A DNA stretch of 64,000 nt from Paragordius varius (lineage: Eukaryota; Animalia; Nematomorpha), in assembly GCA_964247055.1 (NCBI GenBank), contig OZ176053.1:6572001-6636000 (forward strand), in the 5' to 3' direction. The translations under genes were made by a program, and so were the position numbers. Positions 40,263 to 54,153 of this stretch are shown piece after piece. The notes below the pieces were generated by a model, which saw nothing but the letters and a program-made list of their open reading frames with translations, searched no databases and was not told the origin of the DNA. Every line of letters starts with the position of its first letter. Position 1 is the stretch's first letter.

Positions 40263-40372
40263 AAATAATTTTATTTCAAATTTAAAACAATATTATCATA
40301 GTTTATATATAGGCTCCCAAACGTTGATTACATTTATGTCATGGCGGCGATTGAGAGATAAAAATTTAATTT

Positions 40373-40717
40373 ATATACCATTTGCACTTCAAGTTGGTTC
40401 TTGAAAATTTCAAATAGGTCCTTAAAATTTTTAAATTTGGATTTAACCATAAATTTTGGAATTTATTTATTTTATCAAGATTTAACGTAATATACATGAT
40501 TTATGATACATTTAATCATTTAAATTAATATTTTTTTTGGAAACTTAAAGAGCTACAGCTGAATGATCAAAAATGATTTAAAATTTGGTTAAATCAAGAG
40601 AACAGGTTAAAAATAATAAATATATTAATGATATACGGTTTGATTGATAAAAATTAAAATGTTTAAGGACCAACTTGAAATCAAGGACCAAGTAGAAGTT
40701 TTCATGCAAATGGTATA
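40373..40717. mobile_element. Same MITE family, copy B, inverted relative to copy A
   Basis: Termini tataccatttgcacttcaagttgg ... gcaaatggtata. 40545-40700 is the reverse complement of ~39790-39940. Another family member lies at ~52583-53188. Confidence 0.75.
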
Positions 40718-40930
40718 CACAAAAAATTTTAAAAGGTAATTTATAAAAATACCAAATTTTTTAAATATTCTTAAAACATCTCTAAATGATAAATTAGATG
40801 TTTATTATATGTATCGCCTAATCTATTTATATTGATTTGGCACGTTTTAAAATTTGGATATTTTTATACTTTCATATGTCGAAAATAAATTATAGATTCT
40901 GCTTGAAGTTTGTACCATGATTGTTTCCAT

Positions 40931-41197
40931 CAGAGGCGTAGCTGGGGGGGGGGGAGCGTGGCTGATAAACCGGGCGCCATAGTTGAAGGGGCGCCGGATT
41001 TAAAAAATTTTTAATTTTATTTCAAAAAACTTATTTAACGTATCTATATTAAATAATACATAAAAAAATCATCTATTGATTGGTCATGACCATGGTTTGA
41101 ATTCGTTTTTTTTAAACTGCAAAGGGTCGCATGGAGGGGGAAGGGGTGCTATCACGGATTCATGCGCCGGGCGCCAGAAATGCAAGCTACGCCTCTG
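40931..41197. mobile_element. 267-bp hAT-type MITE with perfect 8-bp TSD
   Basis: gtttccat|CAGAGGCGTAGCT ... AGCTACGCCTCTG|gtttccat: 13-bp perfect TIRs and an 8-bp target-site duplication. Confidence 0.93.
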
Positions 41198-41429
41198 GTT
41201 TCCATAAAGGGTGAATTAATTTTCCGTTAAATATTGATAACTAAAACTTTTTTTCCTTTGATTTTATATAAGTACTATGTTTTTTGGGGTAAAAATTAGT
41301 CTAAATGCGGCCCGAAGCCATTTAAGTTAGGCACCTCTGTCAGAATATATAAATAATAAATGCCGTACAAAATTTATTCATTTATTATTAAAATCATAAA
41401 ACAATAAAGTTTGTAATAACAAATGTCCG

Positions 41430-41938
41430 TTAATGTTTCCTGGCAGGCTTTAAGAAAAATTTCTCTATTGAACATTTAGATTTCTTTGTTGGACATTCAA
41501 AATTGGTCAGAAATGTGGGAGAGTTTTCATACAAAGTATTCATGCTAAAATAGTACAGTTGAGAATATAATTATAAAAAAATGGATTTTTTAATATTTAA
41601 ATAGGGGTAAGGTTTTTGAATTTGATAACAATTGATGGTTTATTAATCCATTTGCTTACTTAATTAACTAAAATTATTACCCATTTTTCAAAGGTGAATC
41701 TACAAGAGTTTGAGCATAATACCAATAAGCTTCTGAAGATATTGTACATCCTGACTAGAGAGTTGTTGATAAGTATTTATATATATTTTATATGTCAAAA
41801 TATTAATTTTACAAGTAAAATTTTCTACCTGAACTTCCATTAAAAAATACAGGGAAGGTTTTTTTCTATTAAATTGCGGGTCCCATATCCATTCGTCATT
41901 CGTATTATTTTGAAGGTAACTTTGAAAAGTCTGATTTA

Positions 41939-42010
<72 letters not shown>

Positions 42011-45000
42011 GAAATTATGCAGACAAATCGTAAAAAAACAAATTTTTTTTCAAAAAACCGCTGTATTATTTTTAAATTGATTTTATTTAATACTATTCAT
42101 TGTACACAATACAATAATTTAATAATTATAAAAAATAAAGTTTAAAAAAGTAGGGTTGTCTTTTGAAAAAATTTTGTCTTTATGTTTTTACATTTTCTCT
42201 GAATCTTATCCTGTATACATTTAGGGTTAAATTTTTCACGGGCCAAAATATAACCTGTCTTATTGCTTATAAATACAGCTTTTGCTAATTTTCAGTAATT
42301 AATGTGATATTTAAATTTATATTTTTTAGTATAAAAATCGAAAATAACCAATCGAATTTAATACTGTTGTTATCAATATAAAACAATCATTATGAAAAAT
42401 TTTTATTTAAAAAACCATTATTTATATAACGTGATAATCACATATGTGCGAAAAATTCAATGGGTAATTTAAACATTCGGTCATAATCGCCCAGTAGTTT
42501 TGTTCTAACGTTTATAGAATCCGTAATATATATAATCAAATAAAGTTTTAATAGAAAATTAAACAAATAACATATAAAGATAAACCCTTTAATAATTATA
42601 TTTTGCTAGCATTCATCAGTTCGGCACTTTTTGACATAAGGTGACATATCAATATCGTATATTTTTCCATATTTCATGTAGAAAAAATTAAATTAACTAT
42701 TCAGTTTTAATGAATATAAATATTAAATAAAACACACCAAGTATTTTTCGCAATAAAATACCAGAATTGTAATGCTTGATACATATATGATTTCGATATG
42801 ATGTGAACATGTCGAGTCAAATAGTTTCATCGGACTGATGAGTGCTAACACGATCGAAACTAATATCTGACACTAATAGGGTTCCAATCATTTTTTATTT
42901 TTAGTTTATTTTCAATATTTAAGTTTTATTGTTTTAATCATGGAAAAAAGTATATGATCACTCGCCCAAAATAGTGCGATAAATCTATTTAACGAGAGAG
43001 TCAATTCATGTTATATAAATTATCCTCTGAATTACTTTAAATCCAATATGGCTCCCAATCATTTCCGAAAATCGAACATGGATTTGGTAATTCTATTCAA
43101 TCAAAGATATTTATATTATTGGTATTTGTTGGATCTTATGTCTTAGCACTTATGAAAGAATCATTTATGCATCATAAATAGATAAATTATAAGCTTTTAG
43201 AAATCGATGAAAATTGTCTATGTTCAATTTGTTAAGCTATATACAACATCCTTAAGGAGATGATAACCATATATTTATTTTTTATATTGATTATTACAAT
43301 TTTAGGGATTTTGAATTATTCAAATAGTATTTAAGGTTAGTATTTAAACACATATTAATATAGTGGTGTTTTTCGGTTAATTCTGTCAAATTTTTAATAT
43401 CAGGAATTTCATGCTATATTTACAAAAATTTTAGCAAATTTCAAAAATTAACCAAAGTATCTCATCACCAATTAAAATATCACTAAATGCCTACCCTAAA
43501 TTAAGTATATAAAAATAATATAATACTTTAAAGTAGTTTATGTTGTACAATTTTCTGAGACAATTAATTAAAGGGATGCGCGTTTGTGACAGTTTCGAAT
43601 ATGGCCTCTGTCGAGAAATTTGGTAATCTACAAAAATTAATAATAATATACATCACATTTGTAATGGAGATTAATTATGATAACAAAAGTTGATAGCTTA
43701 TTAAAATGGTACATACATTTTTTTGAAAGGGTACAAAATTTATTTTTTATTTTTTATTAACAACATATATATGTGCATTGGCACGTAGTTATAGATAGGT
43801 TATGACCGTGACTGTTTTAGGCGGTAGGATCATTTATCATTTAGCACTAAAAACTTATCGTTATTCGATGTATGCACTCCTCTGCAAGAATTATATTTAT
43901 TTTTTTAACAATTTAAATTAAAATAGTATACATGGATTTAAATGTCAATTATTAATTTTAAAATAAACGAATTACAAGATTTCTAATTGTTTTACAATTA
44001 TATTGTATATTTTAAAGAGTAAAATTTAAAATTTTTCGGTAAATTAACATCTATATTCAAAATAAGATAACCATGAGTAGTATGATTTTTATTGTTAAAT
44101 TTACTGTTAATATCAGTTATAAATTCGATTACAAAAAAGCCTATCTTAGAATACTTTTAATTAAAGAGTACACAAAAATTATTGATTGCAGTGGACGTTT
44201 TTATAATTTGGAGTATTAATTAATAGATTTATGCTTAAAATAATTTTAAATTGTCAAATATGAAGTTAAGAAATACTTATTATACATAGTTTTAAAATTT
44301 TAAATCGTTTTTTCATTTTGATATTTGTGGGTACATAATGCACCAATTTTTAGAATCCAAAAAATAATTTAGCAGTGATGTTGCATATTTAACTTTGTGT
44401 AAAAAATCAGGTAACTAAGAAAAAATCAGATCAAATTGAGATTTCATAAAATATTGTATAAATTTTGTGTAAGGGGTTTTCGCCGGCGTAAAATAAAATA
44501 GTTTTTAGATGACTCATAAATAAAAACATATGATTTATCTCTTTATGTAGATGAAAAATGTAACATTTTTAAATAGTTTTTGGGAAATTTAATTGTGTTA
44601 TCTAACCGTCGATGTTTTAAATGGTCTTGTACGTTTTTCAGAGAATTGGTCCACAATCGCTTTCATTTTTACAAATAATTGATTTCAAAAAAAAATTGAG
44701 CTCAATCGTTAAAAACTTATTTAAAATTTTAGCCCAACCTATATAATGAAATTTGCATTTTATAAAACAATATAATTATGAGTCTGGTTTTACGTTCACT
44801 TTTCGAATATTGAAAAAGATATACAAGCATATAATGTATTAATTACCATTTTTTGCTCTTTTGATTAGATTAAAAAAAATTATTAAAAAAACTACTAAAA
44901 TTAGTTTTTTGTTTCCTAAGATGCAACGTCCCCATTTTTGGTTCTATGGCCTGGGATTTTTATCCAAAAAAATAACAACATACATTTATGACCCTAAATT

Positions 45001-48000
45001 TAACACTATATATTTCATATTATATTACAGTCATGTAGACTTTTTGTTAAAGATTTACCTACTTTTTTTCATTAATTGGGTATTAATATTTGGTAAAGAA
45101 TATAAAAACAAGAGCTATATGGTATACCATATCATATTCTTTAAAAAAGTAAAAGAAGTGTGAGGGAAGGGCGCCGGAAATCTTTAATAAAAAATGAAAA
45201 TACACTAACTACTTACCCTTCACTCAAAATTATTGTATAAAAGGGTTAGGAAAATCGTAATTTTTATCTCAATCATGATTTTTTTTTTGATATGGGAACG
45301 ATTTTAATATGCTATATTAAATAATCATAAAATTAAATTCTTTAAAAAATATATCAAAACCATTGTAAAATTTTCCACTTTTATAACATTAATAAACATA
45401 AATATATAAAAAATTTATTCAAAAAACTTGATATTAGTTATTTTAAGCTAACAAATGGTAAAAATTTCGTCAACGTGACATGTGTAATACAAATAAACCG
45501 CTTTATCTATTTCTATCAATGTAAGATGTAATTTAAATAAAAAATTAAATTTAATTTTACCCTTAACACTTAATGAAGACGACATTTTGCAAATATTTTG
45601 TAAAATAAAAATGGTGTCGAAGTTGTTTCACATGTAACTTTTTTTTTCAAAACAAAATTTTATTTAGATATTTTGGCATATTTATATAATTTTTATTAGG
45701 AAAGAAGCATAAATTTAAATTGGGACCGTTTCTTACACTAGTTTATTAAAAATACTAACTCAAATTTTGTCTGGGGTATATTTGGATACCCCATTTTAGG
45801 TGTTATATAAAAATTTATCAAAAAAATTAATATATAAAATTTTGCAAAAAATTAACAAAAATATTACCATTCCCCTTTAAACAATATTAATTTCATTTTT
45901 TACCAAAGATTTCTGACGCCCTTTCCCCACACTTCTTTTAATTTTTTAAAGAATATGATATGGTATACCATATAGCTCTTGTTTTTATATTCTTTACCAA
46001 ATAATACCCAATTAACGATAAAAAGTAAATCTTTAACAATATAAAGTCTACATGACTGTATATCGAAATATTTTTTTTCGTTAAATGGGTATAAATATTT
46101 GGTAAAGAATGGAAGAAATAAGTCTATGGTAATTCTTATACTTTTCTGGTGAATATGATATTGTTAATACCATAGAGCTTTTGTTTTTTCCATTCTTTAC
46201 CAAATATTTATACCCATTTAACGAAAAAAAATAAATTTTTGATAAAATAGAGGATACATAACTGGATTTATAAGAAACCCAAATATTGTTAAATTGTTAC
46301 TTATTAAGATTGACTGTGCCATTTGACGAGATAATAAGGATATTGCAATGGCGTATCTTTGAACCCTGACCACATATAATAAATTTTTACATCACAAGTT
46401 TAATGAATATAAAGAGCCGATGTCATTCATACTTCCGGTTAATATTTTGCAAGTAAAAATCTTAAAAAATCATATTTAATAAATTTTTTTTTATAATATT
46501 TTGTTTATATAAAAAAATTGTTGTCATGCCTAAAAATCGTTGATCTTTAATGAATGAAACATCAAAAGAATGATTAAAACATTTTAAAACAATTTATGAT
46601 TAATTTAAATATTTAATTTGTTTCAAATTTAAATTATAAAATTAATATTTTTACATAATCTCATGTTTTTAATTGGTAAATTAACGGAAAATAAAATATT
46701 TCACCCAACATTATCATTAGATGTTGGATTAAATGAATAATATTACCTCTCATAGTAAGCCAATTGAGGTGTCAACAAAATGCCAGCCGGCACGACTATA
46801 AAGAAATTTTTTTATAGTTTTCAAATATATTTCTTAACAAATATTTATGTTGAGATATTAAAATATATAAATTTTATTAATACCAATAAAAAATATAAAG
46901 AAAATCCATTTCAATGGTATTTAGGAAATAACTCATATTCAATTTCTAAAGTTTTTAAGACTTATATTACTTTGTTTGTCGTATGAAAATAAATCTTTTG
47001 CTTTTTACAACATATAAAATATTAAAATTGAGTTACAACTATAGAAATAACTGTAATCATTTTTTTAAACTAAAATATTTTAGGGATGGTTTAAATTATA
47101 TGTGGTTTTAAAAATTAGAAGCGGACAGGTTCTGTTTTGTACCTCTCAAAGAACTCCGGTTTTTGTTCCAAGCTTCACGCAAAATTTTAGAAATCTTCTA
47201 TAAACAAGCTTGGCTCGTTGTTCTCGGAATGATAACTCGAATAAAATGTGTTACATTTTTATGGTATTTAGAGTTGTATATGGCACAACCAAGCCGATAT
47301 AAAAATTGATTACAAAATTTAAATTATCAAAGCTTTAATTGTAATCATAAAATGGGTGACGAAATTATACCTTTTCCCTAAAAAATGAGTAAAAATTAAA
47401 AAGGACCCCTTTTAAACCAAAAGTTTTCCAAAACATCTTATCCTATAAGTTTTTAAGTTCCCTGTGATTGCAATTAATGTGTTTCTTATTTATTTTAATT
47501 CTATTAAATTTTATTTAGTAAAAAACGTTTTGCAGAAAATTAGTTATTTATGCTAACTCTTAAAAAATTTCCATATTTTTATCCATATTATAGGTAGTTT
47601 TGTTGATTATGGGATAAATTAGTTAACATTTTAATCTGTATCCTAAACATGAACAAAACAATGTAAATTTATTATTTTAACTGTTTTTTTTGTATTTTAA
47701 AGGTACTACCACTTCAAATATGGCTTCTAAATATATATTTTAATACCTAAGGTGTTGCTCCGTTGATCATAGTATATATTGACATCGGAAGCAGATATTG
47801 AAAGTCTAAGGGTATGTGTAACATATAATTTTATGTATAATTATATCATCTAATGGTAATCGATAAACTAATTTATTTAAAAACATCATGCTAATTATAC
47901 AAGGTATATGCAAATATATACATTTATTGTATAAAAGCTTATTAAAACTAATATCTTATTTAGACAGTGCACAATATGCAATTAGGGCTCAACTTTAAAT

Positions 48001-51000
48001 GTTAGGACCGTAATGACCTTAAAAAAACAAATTAGAGGCCAACGCCATATAAGAGAAATAATCGAAAACTAAAAGAAGTCAAACAACTGATTTTTTGGCA
48101 CCATATTTTTTTAACATGATATGTTAGATAAACAAAGCAGTCTTCTATTCAAAGTCGGCGCCAAAATTACACACTTAAAGCATATTAATGTTTATGCTCA
48201 TGATAATTCAAACATAGAGAGATAATATTACGATTAAAATTTATAAACCAAATCATGCATATTATTGCGAAATTAAACCTAAAACAATCATAGAGTTAAA
48301 GTTATTAGCACTAATATATGTCTAAAAACTAAATATACTAAATAAATTTAATTACAAAAAAATTTAAAATCAATCTTTTGCATGTCTTTGCAAAAATAGA
48401 ATTTATACTTTTATTATATAAACTTTTAAATTCAAATTTATATGAATATTTTTTTTACTTATTCGTGTCCCTTTTCAATAATAGATTGTAAGTGTTCAGG
48501 ATACTTTGTGTTGGTGATAAGACCTATACTTCATAATAATTATTTATTTTATGGAATATGGAATAATGGTTAATAAATACCATATTTTTGTCTGATTGCG
48601 GTTCATCTTGTGAAAGTTGGTCAAATTTTATAATATGTAATTTCATATACATCTAGTAAATGTAAAAAAATATTATAAATGTAAAATTTAAATTATCTGC
48701 TATTTATTTTAATATTCAGGATCAATTTTTTAATCGGTTTCATTTTTTGGCTCCGATAAAAAAAATTAAATGTATAATAATATCATATTTTTCTGCATTT
48801 TTTAAATTTTATTTTCAAAATAACAAAGGCCTAATTCCTAATTCTCACCATGTGTTTACTCATAATTCTCAAATTTTAAATTTAATTAATTTTTAGGCGA
48901 TAATTGAAATTAGATTTGGGTTTTAGACGCTTGAAAAAACTGGATTGAAAGCTCAAGAATGGATTTTAGGTCATAACCTATTCAACATGCATTAAAAGAA
49001 GCGGTCACACGGTCAGAATATGTAGTTTGTATTTTTTCCTTTTTACATTAGGGCTTAAATTGTATCAGGACTTGTGAAAGCTTTACAGTCGTCTGCTCAG
49101 AGTTGACAGTTATGATGGCAAAATCTCGCACTTTCGGGGTTTGAACTCTGGTACTCCAGACTCAGTGTAATAGTCCCCTTCCTATTATAACATGCCTAAA
49201 GTCACATGGTAATGATTTATTAAAAGAAACACCAGATCGTGTCCAAAAATATTTGAATTTATGAGTGGTTTGATTTTTTTTCGGTGGCTTCGAACGATAT
49301 GCCATACTTTAATCCTTAAACAACAGAGAGCGGTTGTGCGTTTCACTTTTAGTTCAAATAGCGTAATATTTGTAAAACTATGGACCACAACTTTTAAGAC
49401 CTTAAGATCAACAAATTACAATTTAGATAAGTCTAAATATAATTTGTAATTAATTATTCAAAAATAATTGGTTTAGTTTATACTTTAAATTTATTTTTAC
49501 GTTTGACAAAGATTATTTGTAGTAATTGAAAATTCACTTTAACATATTCAATTATTGCTGAATTATAATCCATTATATAATTAAATTATTTACAATGGGT
49601 TCCATTAACTCTTTTATGTGAGTGAAAGTCTTGTTATACTGCAGCTTGATTTGATTGAACAACTCCTCAATCTAAATATGAAATATGGGTTTTATTATAT
49701 AGTTTTTCAAATTTAAAAACACATTTTTATAATTATTAATCTCACCATTTTATAACTATGGGATAAATTTCGCTCCATACTTTGCCAAACTATTGAATCA
49801 AATATCTTGGGGTAAAACAATCGTGCTTGAATTGCGCATCGGTATTTTGTGGGCATTTTTATTCCTAAAGATCTTTGAAATTCCATATAATATTCTCTTA
49901 AGGGATTAGGTAGGACGTAATTGAACTCATGGAGGAAATATATTGTCATGTAATTGCGTAATATTCTATATAAAAGATATAGTTAAAATGTTCTACTCAG
50001 TGGTACATATGACCGGTTTGGGTCTGATTGCTTATAAATGTAGTAATTCATGGTCAAAACGAGAGGCGTGGCTAGCATTTCTGGCACCCGGTGCATGAAT
50101 CAGTAAAGTACCCCCTCCCCTCCATGCGACCCCTTGATTAAAAAAATCGAATTTCTTAAGTATTATTTAAAATAAAAACTTTTATACACCTATATTTTCG
50201 AAATAAAATTAAAATTTTTAAAATCCGGCGCCTCTTCAACTATGGCGCCCGGTGCAATTTATATTTTTCATTGGTTACCCGATATATTTATCGGTGTTTA
50301 TAGAATTATTTAAAAAAGTTCAATTTTTTATCAGATTTTATGAGCTATACTGGGATTTTTTATTATGATCTTAAAATCTTGTAGAAAAAGAATTTAAATC
50401 CATATATAAAAGATATCAATGCTATTAAACTATCTATAACCTAAACTTAACGCTTAACCGGTTGTGCCTTATTGTGCTTTTATAATAATCAAAAATATAT
50501 TATATTTATAGAATAAAAAATACAACTTTATAGAATCCATTGATTTCATATGAAGTTTAATTAGATTGTATATGATATCTAATTGGGTTGACAACTTTTT
50601 TACAATTTTTGTATTGGTTAAGTGATAAGTGCTATTTGGGTGAAGTTTGTTCAAAATATTTTGCCAATCCCACTATCATTTAGTTATAGATAAATATGAG
50701 AAATAAATGAGCCAAAAAAAATGTATTAAAAAGCTAGATGGAACAACACGCTTTGTCATAATAGGAGGCGTGTTTATAATTATCTTTAAACATCGAGTAT
50801 CTAAACACAAACAAGCTATTGAAAGCAAAGTTTAAAACAGGTGGGCCCTACGCAAATAGCCTTGCGAACGGCATTTTTAACTTATAAAACACGGGCCGCT
50901 AAATATATATATAAATACTATTCTTATCTTAAAATCAATCGAAAGAAAATGCTATATATGTTGGTTTTTAACGACAAATCTTATATTCAATAATAAAATA

Positions 51001-53669
51001 TTTCGAAAAATACAAAATTTAATATTTAAATTTTTTTATTATTCCGCGGGCCGAATAAAGAGTTGCTAAGGGCTGCGTGTTGGACAACCCTGCTGGTTTA
51101 CAAAACATAGAATTTCCTTATAATTTTGTTAAATGGTGATTGTAAATTGGGAATAAGAATATATTTTTAAAATAATTTATCAAAACTAACCAAATCATCT
51201 TTATAATTGTAAATTTGGTGAAATCGGATGTCATTGATGGAAATCACTTTGTACTTAAACAAAGAACTTATCTAAAAGTCAAAGAATGTATATATATAAT
51301 ATAATTGTATAAAAAACGATATATAAAATTCTATTTTAATGACATTTTATTTTACTGTAGATATGGTTTTATCAATATTAATGATTTCGGTAATATGATC
51401 ATCATTTGTAACATCGACATTCAAGTAATGCAAGCTTTTTTGGATAAAAATTTTGAATTTTTGAACAACTTCATATTGGCGATCCTCATAATACAAATTA
51501 TCAATAATTGACTTTCCTGGAGATAGATGTATGTTGGAGTCTAGGGTTTCATTCATTATTTTAACAGTGAAAAATATGGGAAATTTTAAGGTTTGATATT
51601 GTGACATTAGATCTTTCAGTAAACTTTGTTTTTCGCTTTGAATTCTAAAATTTTGTATTATGTCAATTTATGAAAAACTTGAACTCAATTATTATTTAAT
51701 ATTGAACAAAAAATTAAAATTATAGAGATAAAATGTAAAATAAAAACAAATATTTTTTTAACAACCATACATTATTGCACCTTAATTTTTACCACATGAA
51801 TTATTTAATTACTATTGTAAAATAGATCATTGATTGCGTAGATAAATTTTAAAAAAGGTTTAAAGTGGAACGGTCTTTTAAAACAGATAATTACGCTTTG
51901 TCCATATGATTCCAATTTTCTGTAAAAATTAAAACATACTGAGTTTGATCTTGATTTGCTGGAAGATGAAATTCATTCAAAATATCCATTAATTTGGTGT
52001 TTGTAGAAAAATTTGCGGCATTAAGACAACTATAATACCAAGATTGAATGTTTTTATGGACCTTTGTAGCCTTAACTAAATTAACGAATAATAGTTTAAT
52101 ATATTATACTCATTGTTATTTGGAATATAAAATCCATTAATCTGTCACAGAATTTTTTTATTAAATAATTATATACAATAATTTGATTAATTTCAAACGA
52201 ATATGCAAAACTAAAAGCATTAAAGTTAGAATTGCCCCTTATCGCGGTTTTAAGAAAATACACGGCCTTCTTCTTATCATAACTAACAAATTTAACATTT
52301 AAGTTTAATTATTTATTCAATAATCAGCATTAACAATTATTTTAAAGATTATTAAAAAATGAATAACTGAAATATTTATATTTCGCCTATGATGGCTTAT
52401 GCCCTCAACTATTCTTTTGAAAGAGCAATTAAGGTGAAATAATATTAAAACATTTTATATAGCTTATACGGAGAATCATAATAAGCTAGGCTATTATAAA
52501 TATCTTAAATTCAACAAAATTTGGCAATGTTTCCAATTATTTGATAAAAAAATTAGCATGGAGTATAGAATTCTATTTTATATATACCATTTGCACTTAA
52601 AGTCAAGTTGGTCTTTGAACATTTCATGAGTGTCCTTAAAATCTTCAAGTTGGTCCATGAACATGTAATTGCATCTTCAAATAATCTTATTTTGCTTCTA
52701 ACTTTTATTAATCAAACCATTCATTACTTAAACTTAACTTTTTAATTGAAGAATATAAATCATTTTCGACACGTGAATAGTATAAAAAATATGGAAATTC
52801 ATTTATTCTATGACACGTTTTAAATAAATTTCCATATTTTTTGAACTTTTAAAATTAACATCAATTTTTTTCAAAAAAGCGTATGGCTTTAATGATTGCT
52901 AATAAATTGTTTTAATATGTAACGCGTTATTTAATAAAAGTTTTTTCTTATTAATTGCAACTTTTTGTTAAAACCTTTATAAGGTAATAATATTTTAATG
53001 GAATAAATTAGTTCGAGAAAATTAATGAAAATGTTAATAATAAATGAAATAATATACTAATCATTAAAAGATATTTGGTCGCATAGATAAAGACATGCAA
53101 AATTATGGTTATACCTTTAAAAGAAAGGTGCACCTTGAATTGTTTAAGGGCCAATTCGAATTGTTTAGGGACCAACTTGAAGTGAATGTTCGGCCAACTT
53201 TAAAAACAAAAGTTTTGCCACTTAGTCATACCCTCCAGATATGGACAGAACGATATTGCGGATCACACTGTATTTTGAGATTAAAATTTTTTTCAAAAAA
53301 ACAGTGCCTTTTGGAAGCTCCCAAGATTTTAAGTTTAGTCCCTCAACAAAAACGATAAACAAAATTGAACAAAAAATACCATTTTTGTCAAACTCATCCA
53401 AAAGTTCCAATTCCGTTTCCTTAAACAAATTCCAAGTAGAATGGTGTTCCAGTTGCTTGGTTGAGGCGTTGAAAAAGTTTCCACAAGCATAAATATTCAT
53501 ATTTTCACACAGAACCGATGAAAAGTTCATATAACTTTTAGCTATATATAAAGTAAATTTAAAAAAGAAAACCATATTATAACTATGGAAAAATATATTA
53601 TATTACTTATATTTAATGTGGTATAGGATGACCACTCATCATTGCAACCAATACATGATCGACTTCTAT
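41430..53669 (-). CDS. M13 (neprilysin-family) protein, predicted catalytically inactive; 5' exons and one internal stretch (~48660-49590) unresolved
   Basis: About 19-20 exons give M13 landmarks in the correct order: SCIGC..MNFSSVLCENMNIYACGNF, WYYSCLN (52075-51937), LYYEDR..EIINIDKTIS, WDWQNIL, ILRNYM..RCAIQ, SASDVNIYYDQRSNTL (47805-47747), VVPAGILLTP (46795-46747), RYAIAISLLSRQMAQSIL (46365-46301), NCLRKLY (43627-43527), FSEMIGSHIGFK (43092-43036), LYFLMEVQ|SGC..DSP and NSPTFLTNFECP..KC (41544-41430). Confidence 0.82.
41943..42006. repeat. (TA)n microsatellite in an M13-gene intron, just upstream of a splice acceptor
   Basis: Pure TA run of ~62 bp. Confidence 0.97.
45028..46058. mobile_element. 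1031-bp non-autonomous DNA transposon with ~170-190-bp TIRs, TA-flanked, in an M13-gene intron
   Basis: ta|cagtcatgtagactt...gggaagggcgccggaaatcttt is mirrored by aaagatttctgacgccctttcccc...aagtctacatgactg|ta. Confidence 0.88.
46070..46265. mobile_element. Palindromic MITE of the CAGTCATG family, outer left end missing
   Basis: ttttttcgttaaatgggtataaatatttggtaaagaatgga ... tccattctttaccaaatatttatacccatttaacgaaaaaaa. It matches 21361-21556 in inverted orientation. Confidence 0.75.
49069..49178 (-). mobile_element. Probable tRNA-derived SINE, copy 2
   Basis: Homologous to 28760-28880. It carries CCAGAGTTCAAACCCCG, a Pol III B-box-like GTTCRA motif. Confidence 0.45.
50062..50254. mobile_element. 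Truncated copy of the CAGAGGCGTAGC hAT MITE
   Basis: agaggcgtggctagcatttctggcacccggtgcatgaatc ... aaatccggcgcctcttcaactatggcgcccgg is the reverse complement of most of 40931-41197. One TIR is missing. Confidence 0.8.
50838..51092. mobile_element. Degenerate hAT-like MITE (GTTGGACA.CCCTG end)
   Basis: The right end cgcgggccg...gcgtgttggacaaccctg resembles common hAT MITE termini. Similar ends occur at ~36450-36476 and ~59849-59895. Confidence 0.45.
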
Positions 53670-54153
53670 CTGTAATTTTTTTTAAATGATTGTTAAAAAG
53701 GAAATGTATATATTTTTTTTCATATAAATTCCATAATATTTATACTTTTGATATAACCAGAAAATTTCATTTATCTCGTTTAAGCCATACGAATAATAAA
53801 TGTTATGGTTAACAAAATTAAAACACCTAAATAACGTGACCTTTCAGTACAGTATTGTTTTGTTTAAAAAACTGGTTTGTAATATGATATAAATGGTACT
53901 GCTTTATAAACTTTCGTAAAATATATTTTTTTCGATTTTACAATGTATATTATTCTGAATTTTAACATAGAATTGGAAGCATACATAATAGCTCCCATTT
54001 CAAGCTTAAAATGTAGAAAGGTACATGGTTAATTCCCCATCCTAACCACTTCTCAACCAAATTCGTTATTAAACCCATAAAATATCATATAGACACACAC
54101 TAATGTACAATATTAAAAAAATGATCGGTTTGTAAATATTACATAGATCCTAA

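Noticed and set aside
47727-47746. 20-nt GT..AG after the VNIYY exon of the M13 gene, a possible even smaller intron
   Set aside because: The downstream frame (EAIFEVVVPLK..stop) does not match M13, whereas splicing to 46795 gives the expected VVPAGIL.
53228-53379. 38-nt GT..GAG intron followed by an extra open exon in the M13 gene
   Set aside because: The GAG acceptor is atypical, and direct splicing 53380 to 52075 is in phase and matches M13 spacing.
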